Shown in pieces: positions 13,111 to 25,432 of a stretch of 64,000 bases of DNA; positions within the stretch are counted from its first letter, which is position 1; the number at the start of each line of letters is the position of its first letter. The stretch is taken from the NCBI RefSeq assembly GCF_001194135.2, contig NC_068990.1:56770950-56834949 (forward strand), read 5' to 3'. The notes under the pieces were generated by a model. That model had not been told where the DNA came from, ran no database searches, and saw only the letters and a list, made by a program, of their open reading frames with translations. The DNA is from Octopus bimaculoides (Eukaryota). The translations under genes and the position numbers were made by a program.

Positions 13111-16100
13111 GAAACACACATATCTATATATATTTACAGGCACATCCACATATACGAAATGTCCACGTATATGCTGATTGTGTGCATGTCCTTGCATAAT
13201 GCATATACATAATATATGGGAGTGTGTATATTTGTATGTACACAGCAATGTATATTTACATCCACACACACATATATATGCAGGTACACAATTTATTTGT
13301 GTGCCAGCATGGATGTAAATATACACTCTATTGTGTTTGCGTTTATCCATAAGCAAGAGTGTATGTGAGAGTATTCTTAAAATTAATTCGTATGAAATCT
13401 CTTCCACTTTTACACACTTCTCCCCTCTCATTCCCATACACAACATTATACTTCTTGTCTCATTCTAAATTCTAATTCACTAAACAACATACTACACTAA
13501 GTGACCCTAAATGACCTTCGAGCAAAAAATTTAAGCCAAATAAATTTTCCAATCAGACATTTCTGAAACTCTAGGCTCTCACTTGTTTCCATTTATTTTC
13601 TCATTTCTTTAAATAACAAAGGCACGATTCTTAGATACCTGCTACAAAATACCTGTTAAAACAATACAAAAGCACAAAGTGAAATTCACCAAGAAATTTT
13701 CTTCTTTACCCAAAAATTTCAGTTGTCCTAACTGACAAACACTCTCTGTACACTTGTACACTCAAATACACAAACATGCCTGCAATAACATAAAAAAATA
13801 AACACATAAAAATCAAAGCAACCTTCTCCAAGAGATGTGGTGCTTTCCAAGTCAAAACCACTACCCTTGAATACAGCATCAATATTTCTTGGATCAGGAT
13901 AAAACCTCTAGTCACTGTGAGACCTCAAACAATGTAATCTCTGCAATTAAATTTTGTTCTGCAAACATACTCAGTTCTTTATTTCTTTGAAATAGTAACA
14001 TGCAGCCTGTAACACTTATATGAATACATATGTTTAATACACATACACTAGTCACTCATTCTCACTGTCCTGTTTTGTTACCACTTTCACCCTCCGCAAA
14101 AAAATTCCAAATTTTATTCAATTTGCTTTGTGGGAAGGACTGTTTCAATGAAGTCGTGTATTGTCCTTACCTTCAAAACGTGGAATAGATGAAACAGGGA
14201 CAACTGATGAAGGGAATGTTTTTTATGTTGCATGTCTCGGTTCTCTGTTTGTTTTTTTTATTGTTCGAAAAAGTTTGTTTTCTATGTCTTTGTTTTTTTG
14301 ATGTCCTGTACCCATATATGCATGTATGTATACATATATGTGTAGGTATGTACATATATGTGTGTACATATGCATATATTTATGTTATATATATATACAT
14401 AAACAACATTTATTCAGAAAGCTTTTGGGCAAGATGGTCTACTTGATTTGAAGAAAATTCTGACTGGACCCCACCTGCATGCACTGTTTATCTTGATATG
14501 AGATCACCATGTCATGCACATATGATTGTGATGTTTATGCCTGATGAACCCTTATCAAATGGGTAGTCATGAATGGTATATTAAGCTTCATATATTTGTA
14601 CCCCAATGTCACTCTAATGGCATGTGTTGCTCTCTCACACGATAATACATGTACCAGTGCTGGTACTAACATTTGAGATACATGAATAGTCTATAACAGA
14701 AATCTGATCCACTGACATTAAAACCCATGAGATCCTAACATCAACTGCACTCTCCCACAGACCCAATGGTATTAACTGGCTCAATCTCAGAAGAAAGTGA
14801 GTGGACGCATCTAAAAATCAATGCAGACTGGTTTTGAGTGTCATATGGTGTTATTTAGATAGCATCTGCTAAACAATGAAAGCAAAAATAAATACATCAA
14901 CCAAGTGCTTAAAAGAGAAAAGAACAGCATTCTGTGGGTTGTGAAATCTCGGAGAAGTTTCCACTTCTTGATGACCTTCCATGCCAACTCAGAATTGCAA
15001 GACTAATATACCTCAATGATGATTTGTAAGAGAAACATTCTGCACACTATAAAAACATTGTGTACAGAAATATTTCTTGTAAACTTGAAAATTCTGAAAA
15101 TATTAGCATGAAGTACAATTTCTCTTGGAATCTTGACCAGAATACCATGGTACATCTTGACCCTCCATTGGTCAATTGAAACCTAGATTGCGTCACGTGA
15201 CTGCTGGTGCTGGTTGCTGGACCCTACCAGCGAGTATTTCAAGGGAAATTTGCCAGGCTGGTCATTCACCCACTAACATTCGTTGATGCTGCATCAAAGA
15301 AACCATAGAACAAAAAACCAAAGAAAAAGGTAAAAAAAAAAAACACACTCATCACCAGAGCTGAAGACACCTCCAAAAATGGGGGCCCTGCCACATTGAA
15401 AACGGTAGAGGAGTAGGGACTGAAACTGGACGTGGTTCCTCTTGAGGATGTCCTTAGCCACTGGATCCTATAAAACAGCTGTTGAGGTAGCAAACCATGA
15501 AATGTAGTTGGAATTCCTCATTATGTACAGAGTCAGCATATGTAGTATATAGGCAACCAATACATAACATATAAGATGAAGCAATAGGTATTTATACATA
15601 AATATATGTAAACAAACAAACATTCCTCCCTTCCTCCTTTGTTCCCTCCATCTATCCATCCATTCATCCATCCATTCATCCATCAATACATAAATATAAA
15701 ACAATGCAAGCAAATACAGGCCCAATATGATAAAAACTGAACAGTAAATTAATATAGGGGGCAGTGAATTCACCAGACCATTAGAGTGCTGTACAAAAGA
15801 TCTTAAGATACTTCTTTCTGGCTCTCTACATTTTAATTTAAATCTTGCTGAAGTGAACTTTGCCTTTGACTTTTGGAAAGCCAATAAAATAAAGTGGCAG
15901 ATTAAGGTGATGGTTTGTGAAATTGCATAAGTGCTTTGAGCAAAATGCATGGCATTACTTGTTTCTAACTTTTTGTATTCTCAGTGTTGAGGCAGATGAG
16001 GTGCTCTTGTGTGAATCTTGTTGATAAGATAACATCTTGTAAAAAATCCTGTTAAGAAGTCAACAGGAAACCACCTACTTGGTTTCTTCCATGAAAATTC

Positions 16101-16374
16101 CATAACAAGCACATAGCGCTTGCCAAGCTAGTTAACAATGGTCATTCATCAACCTGTTGGTGCAAAGAGGAAGGAAGGAAGACCAGTATCTTCAAGAATT
16201 GCATGCATGCTATACATAGTGTTTACAAAGCTATGAACAGTGTATGCGAAAACAACACTCGACAGTTGTGATCAAGTGGTATGTGAAATCAAAAGATGTA
16301 TAGACACACGATTACAATACACCTTGGACAAGTGTCTTCCACTATATAAAGTAAAGTTACTTTGTCGAGTCATA

Positions 16375-16592
16375 CTGACTCATAAGGGCCAGTTTCCTAG
16401 TTTCATGGTGTATAAATTCACCACCTGGATGAGATGGCAGTCCCTCACAAGATTGCTTATTTTGCTAGCTGAGTGAACTGGGGCAACGTGGAATGAACTG
16501 TATTGCTCAAGAATACAATATGTCACTTGGTTTAGCCATCAAAACCACAATCTTATAATCATGAGTCCAGCACCCTAACCACTAAACCACAT
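16375..16592 (-). mobile_element. tRNA-derived SINE (family C-like head), decayed
   Basis: ATTGCTCAAGAATACAA ... CATGAGTCCAGCACCCTAACCACTAAACCAC is the reverse complement of a tRNA-like head. Confidence 0.6.
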
Positions 16593-16599
16593 ACTTCCA

Positions 16600-16905
16600 C
16601 TATAGCCACAGACCAACCAATTCCTTGTGAATGGATTTGGTAAAAAGAAACTGAAGGATCCTGTCATATGCATGTGTGTGTGTTGTATCATTTTTTGGGG
16701 CATCACCACCACCAACACCATCACCACTTGAGAACTGATATCTACATGTTTATGTCCCCATAATTTAGCAGTTTGGCAAAAGAGACTGATAGAATAAGTA
16801 TCAGGCTGAAAAAATAAGTACTGGGGTTGATTCATTTGACTAAAAATTCTTCAAGGTGGTACCCCAGCATGGCCACAGTCTAATGACTGAAACAAGTAAA
16901 AGATG
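16600..16905. mobile_element. Rearranged SINE family A pieces
   Basis: GTGAATGGATTTGGTAAAAAGAAACTGAAG segment followed by the 3' module ending ATGACTGAAACAAGTAAAAGA. Confidence 0.6.
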
Positions 16906-17464
16906 AAAGACAGTGCTGCAAGTTACACTGAATAAACTAATTATGATGATAAATACCCTTATTTTCTCCTGCACCAAAGTTAAACTTCTTATATTCATGC
17001 AACAGTAAAAATACACAAACAAAACAGACCCCCACCTACCTTTAATTTCTCAAATAAATGCACCAACAAACAAAATCACTAAACAGTTGCATAACACTAT
17101 CAAATAATATTCACCAGAGAGATATAGCTTATGTTTATCTGAAGACTTCTTGGAGATCTTAGAAAAACTTAACCAAAAAGAGAACAACTACACCTTTGAT
17201 GTAAAGAAGATTGTTTATAAATCTTTCAGTAGAAGAAAGAATGTGAATTCTATCCAATATTAGATAAAAATATGCCCAAGAATAAAACCACCCATTACAC
17301 TGGCTAATATATTGAAGAAATTATTGGTTTATTGTACAACCAAAGTAACCTTTCACTGTACATAAGGAAAATTATTTAGCAAAAGATTGTAGTAGACATG
17401 GATTCTCTCTTAGGGTCTATTTCGACAGCATTTACCCTGACACAATGGGAAGCAAAATGGTACT

Positions 17465-17790
17465 GATACATACCACTGGCAGTCTGTTGGTTACAACGAC
17501 AAGGGTTCCATTTAATTTGATGAATGGAACAGACTGCTCATTGAATTAACTTGCAAGTGGCTAAGCACTCCACAGATAAACCTAGTTCTCAAGGAGATTC
17601 ATTGTGACACAAAACGTGACAAGGCCAACCCTTTGAAATACAGGTACTACTCATATTTGCCTGCTGAAAGGACTGGATTAACATGAAATAAAGTGTCTTG
17701 TTCAAGGACACAATGCATAGCTGGGAATCAAACTCATGATCTTACAGTTGTGGGTTGAATACCCTAACCACTAGGCCATGTACTTTCACT
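17465..17790 (-). mobile_element. SINE family C
   Basis: TTGCAAGTGGCTAAGCACTCCACAG body; GGGAATCAAACTC ... CTAACCACTAGGCCA head. Confidence 0.75.
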
Positions 17791-17921
17791 GCTGGTACAT
17801 AAAAATACTATATATACTAGGTATATGGATGTTATGTTCATTACATTGGACACTAGAAAACTGAGAAATGTAAAGAATAACTAGAAAATCACTCTGTACA
17901 AAATCCTTAACTGCCAGAACA

Positions 17922-17958
<37 letters not shown>

Positions 17959-18419
17959 TGTGTATTTCTTCTCTCTTAATGAATAAAAATTCTTCTGATA
18001 GAATAAATGGGTTAATAGAAACCAATGTAGCAAAGAACACAAAATAACTGTGGTTAGCTCCTGTTTTTAAGGCAGGAACTCCTTGAAATTTTGGGTATTT
18101 GAGTATATTTAATAATTTAAGGATTGGAGAAAACGCATGTTATAATTGCATACTTTATTCCTACATGTTTTTTTCAAATGAATCAAGTCATAACCTTATC
18201 CATCTATTGTTTTCATAATCGGTCACAATGTCTTANNNNNNNNNNNNNNNNNNNNNNNNNNNNNNNNNNNNNNNNNNNNNNNNNNNNNNNNNNNNNNNNN
18301 NNNNNNNNNNNNNNNNNNNNNNNNNNNNNNNNNNNNNNNNNNNNNNNNNNNNNNNNNNNNNNNNNNNNNNNNNNNNNNNNNNNNNNNNNATAACATGCCT
18401 TTTCTCCAATCCTTAAATT

Positions 18420-18465
<46 letters not shown>

Positions 18466-18474
18466 GTATAGCAA

Positions 18475-19049
18475 GTTGCCATATCAAAGTGGCAGGTGAA
18501 TGTTACTATTAGTTTAACCCCAGGCAGATTCTCCACCAGCTGGTTTTCAATACAATGTTCTGCATCCTTTATATACAATATATCGCTAACAGGGGGAGAG
18601 AACCCCTACTAACCTCCATCAGCTAACAAGATCGTGTGACTGGCTCAGTTCTGAGCTAGTTGGCTCTTTGTCAGCCATGCACACCTGCACAATGGAGTGA
18701 TAGCTAAGATCTGTTTCTGCCAGTGATATATAGTAAACAAAGTGACCATTGGTCACTGATTCGCAACAAGCAAAGTAGTTAGTTATAAAATCTCAAGAAG
18801 AGTTAGAGTAGTAATCTATACTAAACAGTAGGGTTGCCACATCAGAGTGGAAGGTGAATGTTACTACTAGTTTAACCCCAGGCAGATTCTCCACCAACTG
18901 GTTTTCGATGTTACGTTCTGCATCCTTTATATACAATATATTGCTAGCAGGGGGAGTGAACCCCTACTAACCTCCATCAGCTAACAGGATCAAGGGACTG
19001 GCTTAGTTTCAAGCTAGCTAGCTGGCTACACACACCAGCACAATGGAGT
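18475..19049. repeat. Two ~220-bp direct repeats (18475-18698, 18833-19049) separated by ~135 bp
   Basis: Both copies carry GGTGAATGTTACTA..AGTTTAACCCCAGGCAGATTCTCCACCA ... CTAACCTCCATCAGCTAACA ... CACAATGGAGT. Confidence 0.9.
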
Positions 19050-19074
19050 ATACATATAACTCTTTGTAATATAG

Positions 19075-19430
19075 GACTGGCTATATAGACATGACTGTTT
19101 GGTAAAGAAGCTAACCTTGCAGTCATGTGACTCTAGGCTCAGTCCCATTGTGTGACACCTTGGGCAGGTATCTGCTACTATAACCTCAGGCTGATCTTGT
19201 GACTGAATTTGGTAGATGGAAATTGTATGGAAGCCTGTCATATACATACATATATATACATATTTCTGTCTCAGTGCTTGTCCCTCAACTGCTTAACAGC
19301 CAGTGTTGGTCTGTTTATGTCCCATAACTTAGTAGTTCAGCCAAAAGCGACCAATTGAATGAGTACAAAACTTTAAACAAATAATATCGGTGTCAATTTG
19401 TTTGACTAAACTCTTCAAGGTGGTGCCCCA
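19075..19430 (+). mobile_element. Old SINE family A copy
   Basis: CACCTTGGGCAGGTATCTGCTACTATA ... GGTAGATGGAAA ... GTGGTGCCCCAG. Confidence 0.7.
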
Positions 19431-19534
19431 GAAAATCCCATGATCAACCAGACTATCAGGTGTTGTTAGACATTGCTAGTCACAATGCATTTTGCATTAA
19501 TTTTTAGGTTCTGAATGATGCCACACTGCTGGCT

Positions 19535-19715
19535 GGGCAAGCAGGCCAACATTCTCCCTGATTAGAAGAGTTACCTATTTACAGCTGAGCAGAACTGGAA
19601 CAATGTGAAATGAAGCGTTTTGCTCAAGAACACAATGCACAGCTGGTCTGGGAATTGAAACTACGATCTCATGACCATGAGTGCAACATTCTTAACTACT
19701 AGGCCACATGCCTTC
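19535..19715 (-). mobile_element. tRNA-derived SINE head (family C-like)
   Basis: TTTGCTCAAGAACACAA ... GGGAATTGAAAC ... AACTACTAGGCCA. Confidence 0.65.
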
Positions 19716-20292
19716 AGATATTACAAAAATACTAAAACTAAAATAAACAAAGCTTCTTATCAATAACAAGACATGAGCATGTCAACCTGTGAACAGCCTA
19801 CAAATGACCAATGAGACCTATAAATTTGATTGCTGGCATGAAAGTTGTAAACTTTACAAATCCAATGGTTAAAATGGCCATACAAGTATGACACACCTGC
19901 CATCTCACTATGCATTTACAACAATTGCAATGCAGTACACAATGCAAAGCAAAGATAGCTAGTAAAACTTTAGTGGACAACACATCCATACTCAACAGAA
20001 TTCCCCTGAAAAATAGACTATTAATAAAGGTAATGTTTGTACTCAATACACTGGCTTTGCCTACAATAAAGAGGCAATAAAAAAATATCCCACTGCTTCG
20101 TCGAAAATATGAGAAAATGATGGTCTAGAAATGTTGTGGAGGGATTTGGGGATTTTAATGTTCTAGACAAACAGCAAGTTGTTCCAACAAAAATATGTAG
20201 AAGAAAAAAAGCTTGGAAAAGCATAAAACAAGAATAGAGTCAAGTTCTCAATACACTGTGTGTGTGTATGTATGTATGTATGTATGTATGTG

Positions 20293-20348
<56 letters not shown>

Positions 20349-20378
20349 TATTTGTTTGTTTGCCTGTCTGTGTATCTG

Positions 20379-20409
<31 letters not shown>

Positions 20410-22481
20410 ACAAACAGACAGATATGGAGATAAAAAGAAAGAGAGAGAGAGGGGGAGAGAGAGATGGATAAAAAGCAATGAATAAAGAAATAAGCATTAG
20501 GAAGAGGATGAACTAATACCAGTGTGTAAGAGAAGCTGTAATATCATTAAGAGATACTCTATCTAAGTTGCTGTACATTTCAGGCAAATATTCTCCAAGA
20601 CAAACATGAAATCTCCAATGCACAGTTTTATACAATAAGCAATGTCACTAAGATGAAGTCCAGATTCAAACATCTCTTCCTATTTTTACAATAAAAGCAT
20701 GTCATTTCAGTTTGTGACAAAACGCAGCAACTATGTGTGAAAGATTACATACACATCTAACAAACATGTCTAGGAGGTTTTTGTATTTCTTATTTCTTCT
20801 TTTTATAATTTTTTGCTCTTTTCTTTTTCTTTTTCTTTTCTTCTTTTGTCTTCTTTCCTTTTATTTTACTTTATGTTTTTTTTTTCCTCTTTGAGACCAG
20901 TGTGTGCATTCTGGCAGAATTCTAAGCTATCTGTCAGAATGCTTACAGGATAAACTGTAGAATTCTCTCTAAATCTCCACTAATCTTTACTGATGTATTT
21001 TATTTGTTTTTCTCCAGTGAACAGAAATCACAGAATGTCCAGTCTGCCTAAAGCAGAGAGTTTGGCTTCAATGGCAACAACGTTAAACGCCAAGCACAGA
21101 CGATAAGCAAAAATATGTGACAGAAGAGTCAAAATCCCTACAAGTTGTTTTCTAAATTGTTATGGACTCTGGGATGTGACTTGGAATATTTATTTAGTCA
21201 CTTCTGACTAGTTTCATACAACTTGGAATAATATAAAAGACTATATTCCCTTTTGTCAATTTATCTGTTTATCTCTACAAGACTAGCTACCACTCTCTCC
21301 CCCCTCTCTCTCTCTCCCTCTTCCTTTCTCACCTTCTCCCTCTACTGCTCCCTCTCTCTACTGCTCTCTCCCTCTACTTTTCTTTCTCTCTCTCTCTCTC
21401 TTTCTCTCTCCGTTTGTCTTCTGTCATTCTTTTTAGGTATTGATTTTTGCCTTATCTATCCATCTTTAAAGTGTCTATCTGGCTATCTATCTTTTCTTTT
21501 TTGCTGTATTTGTCTATCATCAGACTATCATTTTTCTCATCATTGATCAATCTATTTATCTGTCTGTCTGTTTGGCCATCCGTCCATTCATCCATCTGTC
21601 AGTCTGTCTGTTCATCTGCTTGTCTGTCTATCTATTTGTTAGTCTATATATCTATCTATCTATCTATCTATCTATTTTGTGCTGGGATGGCCTGCACAGA
21701 AATTTTAACACACCATTTTTCCATGAGCCAGCAAGAGAGTTTTTACAGGGCTATTCGACCTGCTAGAAATAGGAACCAATTTTTCCTCATATCACTCACT
21801 ATTGTGTTTAAGAAAATGGAAGGATGAGTCTTAAACAAAAGTTACACCCATGGCAAAAATGGTTTTGGCTAACTGTCTAGAGCCACCCTCATTAGTTCAT
21901 CCAATCCCTGCTATGATGGGTTGTTGTTGCTGCTCTTATTATTATTTAGCCCTACATAAGCCCTGACTGGGTAGATCTATGATCAAAAGCATTTTAATCA
22001 TGGCTATCCTGTCATTTCAGTACATCTGGGACTACTTTATTCATTGTATCCTTCCTGCCTAAGACTGCAGAGGGTAATTTGAAAAAATTTAGTCACCAGT
22101 TCTAGCAGGTTGAGTAACCTTCTAGAAACTTTCCGTAATAGAAGGAGAAACTATTTAATCTATATACTTAGATACAGCCAAGTTCAATATACTATTAGCA
22201 CAGGGATCAGCACTCTATTTACTGATACATAAGTTTTGATCTAATATTAAATATATCTTGTTATATTTTGGGATGATCATTTTTCTTTTGTGTTTGCACT
22301 ATTTGGGAAAGACATGATCAGGTGTGGCTGTATGNNNNNNNNNNNNNNNNNNNNNNNNNNNNNNNNNNNNNNNNNNNNNNNNNNNNNNNNNNNNNNNNNN
22401 NNNNNNNNNNNNNNNNNNNNNNNNNNNNNNNNNNNNNNNNNNNNNNNNNNNNNNNNNNNNNNNNNNNNNNNNNNNNNNNNN

Positions 22482-22513
<32 letters not shown>

Positions 22514-22517
<4 letters not shown>

Positions 22518-23241
22518 GTCATCCCATAAATAATGTGCTTTTTTTTACACTTCTTTTACTTTTCGAAATTGAGATAATGATGAAAAATACTCTTCCAGTA
22601 TTGTTCTGAACTTCTTTACTCCTGTCCAAATGATTTTGAAGACTGTGGAATAATCAGATGGGGCAATTTCCAGTGAATATGATGGGTGGAGCTTCGTTTC
22701 CCATTCAAACTGCTCCAGCCTTTGGATTGTCAACCTTGCTGTATGTGGCCAAGCATTATCCTGATGGAATGGTTGTTTTTCTTCTTGTGCTGACCTGAAT
22801 GACTGTTTGAATGACCAAATCAAAGCTTTTCTGCTAGTTCCTCAGCAATTTCAATGAGATTTTGTTCCACCAGGGTTTGCAAGACATCCTCGTCAAGCTC
22901 CTCTTCTAAGCTGTAGCTTCTGGCTTGGAATTTCTGGAACCACCGTTGACACTGGCTTATGCTTATTGTCTGATCCCCATATACTGCATTAATATTCCTT
23001 GCACTTTCCGTTGCATTGTTACCTTTATTGAACTCATAAAGCAGAATATGTCAGCAAATATACTCCTTTGTCACTTCCATTATAGCTTTGAAAAAATAGC
23101 TGTTAAAATCGAACTGCCCTCTTCAAAACTTGCACTAAGAACAAGCATAAGGTTAAATTACTATGTGCTTTTTTAGCAAGTCCCCTTCCATCTTTTAGTT
23201 CATGCAATTGAAAAAATCACATTATTTATGGGATGATCCAA
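22514..23241 (-). mobile_element. Internally deleted mariner (DD34D-type) transposon with both TIRs
   Basis: TA flanks; TIRs TTAGGTCATCCCATAAATAATGTG / CACATTATTTATGGGATGATCCAA; minus-strand relic HQDNAWPH...HPSYSLEIAPSDY corresponds to mariner HDNARPH...HPPYSPDLAPSDY. Confidence 0.9.
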
Positions 23242-23438
23242 TATATATATGTATATATATATATATATATATAAATAGAAATATTAATTCAGTAGATATA
23301 TATATATATATATCTATACGAGGGTAAAATTATTAAAATAATAATTTATACCAGTGGTTAGCATGCATAATAAAAGTCCGTTGACATAAATATTTTCATA
23401 ATATAAGAGTGTATAAAAATTTACACTCGGATAGAAGG

Positions 23439-23810
23439 CCACCATGTGGACACTCTTACATGCTAAAAAGGGTTGTCAAAATTCCAAACTATGTAAAAAA
23501 CATTCTTATTTAAGGCAGATTGCTTGTAAGCACTTGGATGAACAAAAATCTCAGTTAACTCTATACACATGAGTTTCACCATTAATGATCAAATAAACGA
23601 GCTACAGATAGTTAATTAATCAATTAATTGACTACTTAATTGATTTATTTGATCATTAATGGTGAGACTCATGAGTATAGAGTTAACTGAGATTTTTATT
23701 CATTCAAGAGTCCAGCTCACTTGGAAGCAATGTGCCTTAAATAAGAATGTTTTCTTTCGTGGTTTTGGATTTGATTGCTCATTTTAGCTTATAAGAAGTT
23801 CACATGGTGG
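23439..23810. mobile_element. Foldback element with ~160-bp imperfect arms (23439-23597 / 23644-23810)
   Basis: AAAAATCTCAGTTAACTCTATAC..ATGAGT..CACCATTAATGATCAAATAAA mirrored by TTTATTTGATCATTAATGGTG..ACTCAT..GTATAGAGTTAACTGAGATTTTT; termini CCACCATGTG / CACATGGTGG. Confidence 0.85.
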
Positions 23811-23989
23811 NNNNNNNNNNNNNNNNNNNNNNNNNNNNNNNNNNNNNNNNNNNNNNNNNNNNNNNNNNNNNNNNNNNNNNNNNNNNNNNNNNNNNNNNNN
23901 NNNNNNNNNNNNNNNNNNNNNTATATATAATATAGAAGACCCCCATGTGGACTTCTTACGTATATATACATAGATGTGTGTGTATGTGT

Positions 23990-24195
23990 GAGGCTCTGTA
24001 TCTGTATTTGTCCCCCCACCCATCACTGCTTGACAGCTGGTGTTGTGTTTACATTCCTGTAACTTAGTGGTTTGGCAAAAGAAATTGATAGAATAAAGCT
24101 TAAAAACTAAGTTCTGGGGTTGATTTGTTTGACTAAAGTCCTTCAATACAGTGCTCCAGCATGGCCACAGTCAAATAACTGAAACAAATAAAAAA
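23990..24195 (+). mobile_element. SINE family A, 3' module
   Basis: TTTGTCCCCCCACCATCACTGCTTGACA ... GTGCTCCAGCATGGCCACAGTC. Confidence 0.8.
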
Positions 24196-24299
24196 GAAAA
24201 TGAATAAAAGAATAATCCTGAAATATAACAATATCTGTTTCAACACACGATTTCACATCAGGAATCTTACAAAACAAACGTAACTAAGTAAATCATTTA

Positions 24300-24516
24300 T
24301 TCTTTTCTACTCTAAGCACAAGGCCCGAAATTTTGGGAGATGGGGCCAGTCGATTAGATCGACCCCAGTATGCAACTGATACCTAATTTATTGACTCTGA
24401 AAGGATGAAAGGTAAAGTTGACCTCAGCAGAATTTGAACTCAAATACTTCAAGACAAACGAAATACCGCTAAGTATTTCGCCCAGTGTGCTAACGTTTCT
24501 GCTACTTCACAGCCTT
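24300..24516 (-). mobile_element. SINE family B
   Basis: GGCACAAGGCCCGAAATTTTGGG ... GAATTTGAACTC ... GTGCTAACGTTTCTG. Confidence 0.85.
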
Positions 24517-24819
24517 CAGTTAATTAATATTATTTACAGTAAGGTAATAAGATGGCTGAAATATTGAAACATGAGACAAAATGCATTTCAATTTTAAATC
24601 AGTCCTATTTTCTGAGTTGAATCCTCATCAAAGTCAACAGTTTATTCATCTGGAATCAATACTATAAATACCAGTCATATACTGAGGAGGCTCCAATAGA
24701 TTTGATCTGTTAAAACATCTTTGTTCTTAAGTTACAAGTGATTGATATGAAAAATTTGTTATGTTATGTTATGATATATTTCTAGTGTATTTGAGGCCAT
24801 CTACTTGTTATAATCTTTT

Positions 24820-25030
24820 ATCTTTTACTTGCTTCAGTCATTAGACTGTGACCATACTGGGTTCACCACCTTGAAGAATTTCAGTTGGACAAATTGACTC
24901 CAGTACTTTTCTTTTCCAAGCCTGGTACTTATCTATCAGTGTACTTTGCCGAACCACTAAGGTACAGAGACATAATAAACACACCAACACCGGTTGTCAT
25001 GTAATGGTGAAACACAAGCACAGCCACAAA

Positions 25031-25090
<60 letters not shown>

Positions 25091-25105
25091 TAGTTATCTA
25101 CCTAC

Positions 25106-25143
<38 letters not shown>

Positions 25144-25432
25144 GTCTGTCTGTCTGTCTGTCTCTGTCTGTCTATCAATCTATCTGTCTGTCTATCTATC
25201 AAGCTATCCAGCCATCTTGTGCTGTCTATTTATCTAGCAAGCTAGCCATCTCTCTCTCTATTCGTTTATCTGCTTTTCAACTTTTCAGTTTCCATGTACC
25301 AAATCCATTCAAAAGGCTTTGGTTGAACTGAGACTTTAGTAGAAGACTTTCACCCAAGGTGCCACACAGTGGGACAGAACTCAGAACCATGTTGTTGGGA
25401 AGCTAACATTTTACCACATAGCCATGCCAAAA
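24820..25432 (-). mobile_element. SINE family A with expanded internal (CA)n/(TCTA)n microsatellite
   Basis: 3' module 24820-25020, head 25270-25432. Confidence 0.75.

Noticed and set aside
12553-13446. Many overlapping 80-190 aa ORFs rich in YI/HT/CV
   Set aside because: Translations of degenerate (TA)n/(CA)n/(TG)n repeats; similar ORFs occur at 5, 20, 27, 37 and 55 kb.
15776-15871. 96-nt minus-strand open segment (SKAKFTSARFKLKCREPERSILRSFVQHSNGL) with AG/GT ends; similar weak case at 27241-27354 (+)
   Set aside because: Splice sites are mediocre and the peptides are unrecognised; such matches are expected by chance in 64 kb.
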